Positions 60,560 through 64,000 of a stretch of DNA of 64,000 nt are shown here, piece after piece. The DNA lies in contig NC_043008.1 in the NCBI RefSeq assembly GCF_006345805.1, forward strand, positions 62,558,001 through 62,622,000. Direction: 5' to 3'. The translations under genes were made by a program, and so were the position numbers. Position 1 is the first letter of the stretch; every line of letters starts with the position of its first letter. The DNA comes from Octopus sinensis. Taxonomy: Eukaryota. A model generated the notes under the pieces. The model searched no databases and was not told where the DNA came from. It was given only the letters and a program-made list of their open reading frames with translations.

Positions 60560-61050
60560 AAACACACACACACACACATGCACACATACACATACACACA
60601 CGCATGTATGCACGCACACACGCATGCACAAAAATACACACACAGATATGCATACGCAAACAGATATGCAAATATAAATACTCTTATATTTTGAAAATAT
60701 TTGTTTCAATAGGACAATAAATGTATGTGTGTATACATATACATATATATATACATATACATATATATATAAACATATACATATATATATACATATATGT
60801 GTGTGTATATATATATGTATATGTATATCTATATCTATATATATATATATTAACATGCATACATAGATATATATATATATATTTACATCTATATATATGT
60901 ATACACACATATATGCGCATATATATATATACACATACATATATATATATATATATAGATAGATAGGTAGATAGATAGATAGATATAGATATATATATAA
61001 AGACGTATTTATATATATATATATGTTTATGTACATATATGCATTTGTGT
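60560..61050. repeat. (CA)n/(TA)n/(TAGA)n microsatellite block
   Basis: Direct inspection. Confidence 0.95.
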
Positions 61051-61734
61051 GTGTGTATGTATGTTACTGTTTATCTTAATCACTAAAATGATACTGTTTT
61101 TTTTTTTCCCTTAATATAAATTCACAGTAATAAATATACATTTTCTCTATAATACAGTCAAAAATACTATTAATATTCCCGAACAGGGTAAAACTTTTAC
61201 GAAAAGTAGATATATTTATGGAAGTTTTTATGTTTGACAACACTACTATCTATTATTTCATTTTTTTTTTGTATGTCTATGTATTTTTTACTACTTTATT
61301 TATTTATTTTACTATTTTTTTTTTTTTTTTTTTTTAGCTTGTTGACTATTCTACAACATATCAAGTTTTGTATTCAAATTAAAAGGTGACAAGACTGTAT
61401 GTTCTGAGATGCTGAGAGTTACAATATTCGATAAAATGACAAGTTGAAGTTACAGCTATTGTGTATAACTAAGTATGTGATATTATTCTGTCATTTTCCT
61501 TGCTAGTTCTCTGCAATGTTATATAACTCTTAATGTTACACATTTTTCCCCACCAAAATATTCTATTGAATTTGGAGTTGAATATTTTGTTTCATGAAGA
61601 TTCGTTTTTGTTTTTGTTTTCTTTTTTTTTTTTGTCTTTGAGCTGAAAATGTGAGAAACTTATCTGAAAAGAAGTTGATCACGTGTAAGTATAATACGTA
61701 GGAACATAAAGAAATCTGCTCCATTTCTTTTTAC

Positions 61735-61818
<84 letters not shown>

Positions 61819-61997
61819 CTTATGATGTTTCCAGACTGATATGATTATTGCTGTTGGTATTCAATTAAAACTTCTGGATAGCGGTAGGGACGAATTATTG
61901 AGCAGTGTTCTGTGTTTGGTTGAAATCATGTTGTGATGTATCATGTCTGTCAAGGCATATGTAGCCTCATCATCATCATCATCATCATCATCACCAT

Positions 61998-62135
61998 CAG
62001 TTCGGCAAAAGACACTGATAGAATAAGTACTAGGCTTACAAAGAATAAGTCCTGGGGTCAATTTGTTCAACTAAAGACGGTGCTCCAGCATGGCCACAGT
62101 CAAATGACTGAAACAAATAAAAGAGTAAAAGAGTA
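61998..62135 (+). mobile_element. SINE-B 3' part
   Basis: GTTCGGCAAAAGA..GAATAAGTACTAGG..AAAAGAGTAAAAGAGTA. Confidence 0.88.
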
Positions 62136-64000
62136 ATAGAATCTGGTGTGGCCCCTCGACTTACTAGCTCCAGTCAAGCCACCTAACCCATTCCAGCTCG
62201 GAAAACGGACGTTAAATGTTGTTGTTGCTGTTGGCTTTTTGTTTCAATTTGCTGGCTGTCACCAAATACTCAAGGCTATTTCTTCTCTTATGATGTCCAA
62301 TGAACTGAGTTTGTTGCTCCCTTATTCTGTTACAAAGCTTTTCAATGGTCATTGGTGATCTCATTACCTATCCCTCTCTCTGAAGGGGACAGAGCTTCCT
62401 ATCAAAGAGCCCCATCTCTACAGCATCAATAAGCTATTTGTCTTGCTTTTTGATGTTCCAGATCACATAAAAATATTTAAGAATGAAATCTCTGTATGTC
62501 TCCCAGGTTCATTTCTCAACTACTTTTGATAGTTCGTTATTGACAAATGTTTCGATTCACCATAAGCAGCCTTTGTGTGTACAATACATGAGTTTATTTC
62601 TTTGATGTTTTATAAACTAGCATGTAAAAATGGTTCCTACATAGTTAAAAGTTTCGACTTGACTCAATGTTGTCCCAGTAATTCTTATGTTGTTAGGAAG
62701 ATGCTAACAGTTGGGGACACTTATTCTGCAAAGAGTAGACATTGCATTTAAGTTATTTAACTTGGTTTGCAAGATGGTTTGAGGGTCAGAGGTAATGTCT
62801 TAACAAGAAGTAATGCAAGTTATTATACACTTATTATGCATTTATCAGATAATCCAATAAAGAAAGTAGTATCGATGCCTCATAAAATACTGGGTTTGGA
62901 AGAGAGGAAGACTTGAAATGTTCAGAGAGTAGGTGTGTAGTTCAGAGATATGTGTAGGTGAAGATACCAATGGGTAAACCAGTTGAAATTGGTGAATTAC
63001 CTTGCATTCTGTGCCAGAAGCGATCATAGTGTAGAATTGCAAGTGCTAAGAACAGCTGTGTGCATTAAAATATCTGGGAGCAATGAGGAATGAAGAGAAA
63101 TTGATGGTGTTAAAACAGGGCATAGAATATATGAACCGTTGATGATGCCTGAAAGATCTTAGAGAATGATAGAGGTAAGCTATATATATTTGATTATTGT
63201 ATGTATATATGTATATGCATATCTACATGCATACACAGCTTGCCCAAGGGTGTTTAAACATCCATATTTGTTAATGATTATTTTTAATAATTTTCTAGCT
63301 GGATTGTGTGTTCATTTCTCTTTTTGGCATCTGTGATTTTATTTTTGATCTTCTATATAAATGTAGATATTTCCTCCATCTGGCTACTTTTCTTTCTACA
63401 AAACAGGAAGTTATATTTTGAAACAGTTATTTTAACGAGTTGTATTTATTTATCGCCTGATGAGATACCTCTGCACCACTGGATGCTCCTGAACCAGTTG
63501 TTGAATGTCCCATGCATGAGGAATCGATGTGTCAAAACAAATGTTGTGATTAATAATAAGTTCTCGTATATTCTATCTTCAGTCTTTCATTTGCCATATA
63601 TATATATGTAGTAGAAATATGTTACAAAAAGAAAATATAAAATACACGTGGAAATGTAAGGGTAAAATATGAAAAATCAACGTAAATTCACATTGCAAAT
63701 AAAAAAAGGCTTTTTATGACAGGTAACGACAAATATATACATTTAGATGGACTGAGGTAGTAATAAGAGTCATAAAATTCATTATTATGAGATGATTATA
63801 AGATGATAATAAAGTAAGAGAACAAATATGTGTGTGTGTGTGTGTGCATGTATATATATGTATATATAAATAATAATAATAATAATGATAATAATAATAA
63901 GGATTATAAAAAAGTAGCATGCCATTACTTTTAATTCCTTAAGATATATATATATATATAAATATACATATACATATATATATATAACAAATAAGAAAAC

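Noticed and set aside
1-64000. Most ORF-track entries (poly-IY, poly-I, poly-L, poly-D/M/H, poly-VC)
   Set aside because: They are translations of TA, CA, AAT, CAT and CTT microsatellites or of antisense SINE sequence, not genes.

Overview
AT-rich, microsatellite-saturated eukaryotic non-coding DNA, most likely intronic sequence from a coleoid cephalopod (Octopus-like; inferred from recognised SINE, RTE and mariner families, not from a database search). It has no prokaryotic features, no rRNA and no intact protein-coding gene, and nearly all entries in the ORF track are microsatellite artefacts. The window is a graveyard of mobile DNA: dozens of tRNA-derived SINEs (4-5 families), a 3.8-kb 5'-truncated RTE LINE with a PHD-type finger and a structured tandem-repeat 3'UTR, older RTE and R4/Dong-like fragments, several mariner/Tc1 derivatives, MITEs and an internally deleted Helitron. 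A few short, phase-compatible + strand candidate exons suggest an unidentified host gene. The most interesting signals are hammerhead-ribozyme motifs of the Penelope-associated minimal type I kind: one inside a tRNA-headed SINE (45990-46035) and one in the arms of a ~325-bp palindrome (34426-34750). Related signals are a fold-back insertion of the same SINE tail, a second near-perfect palindrome, and two apparently locally templated insertions.
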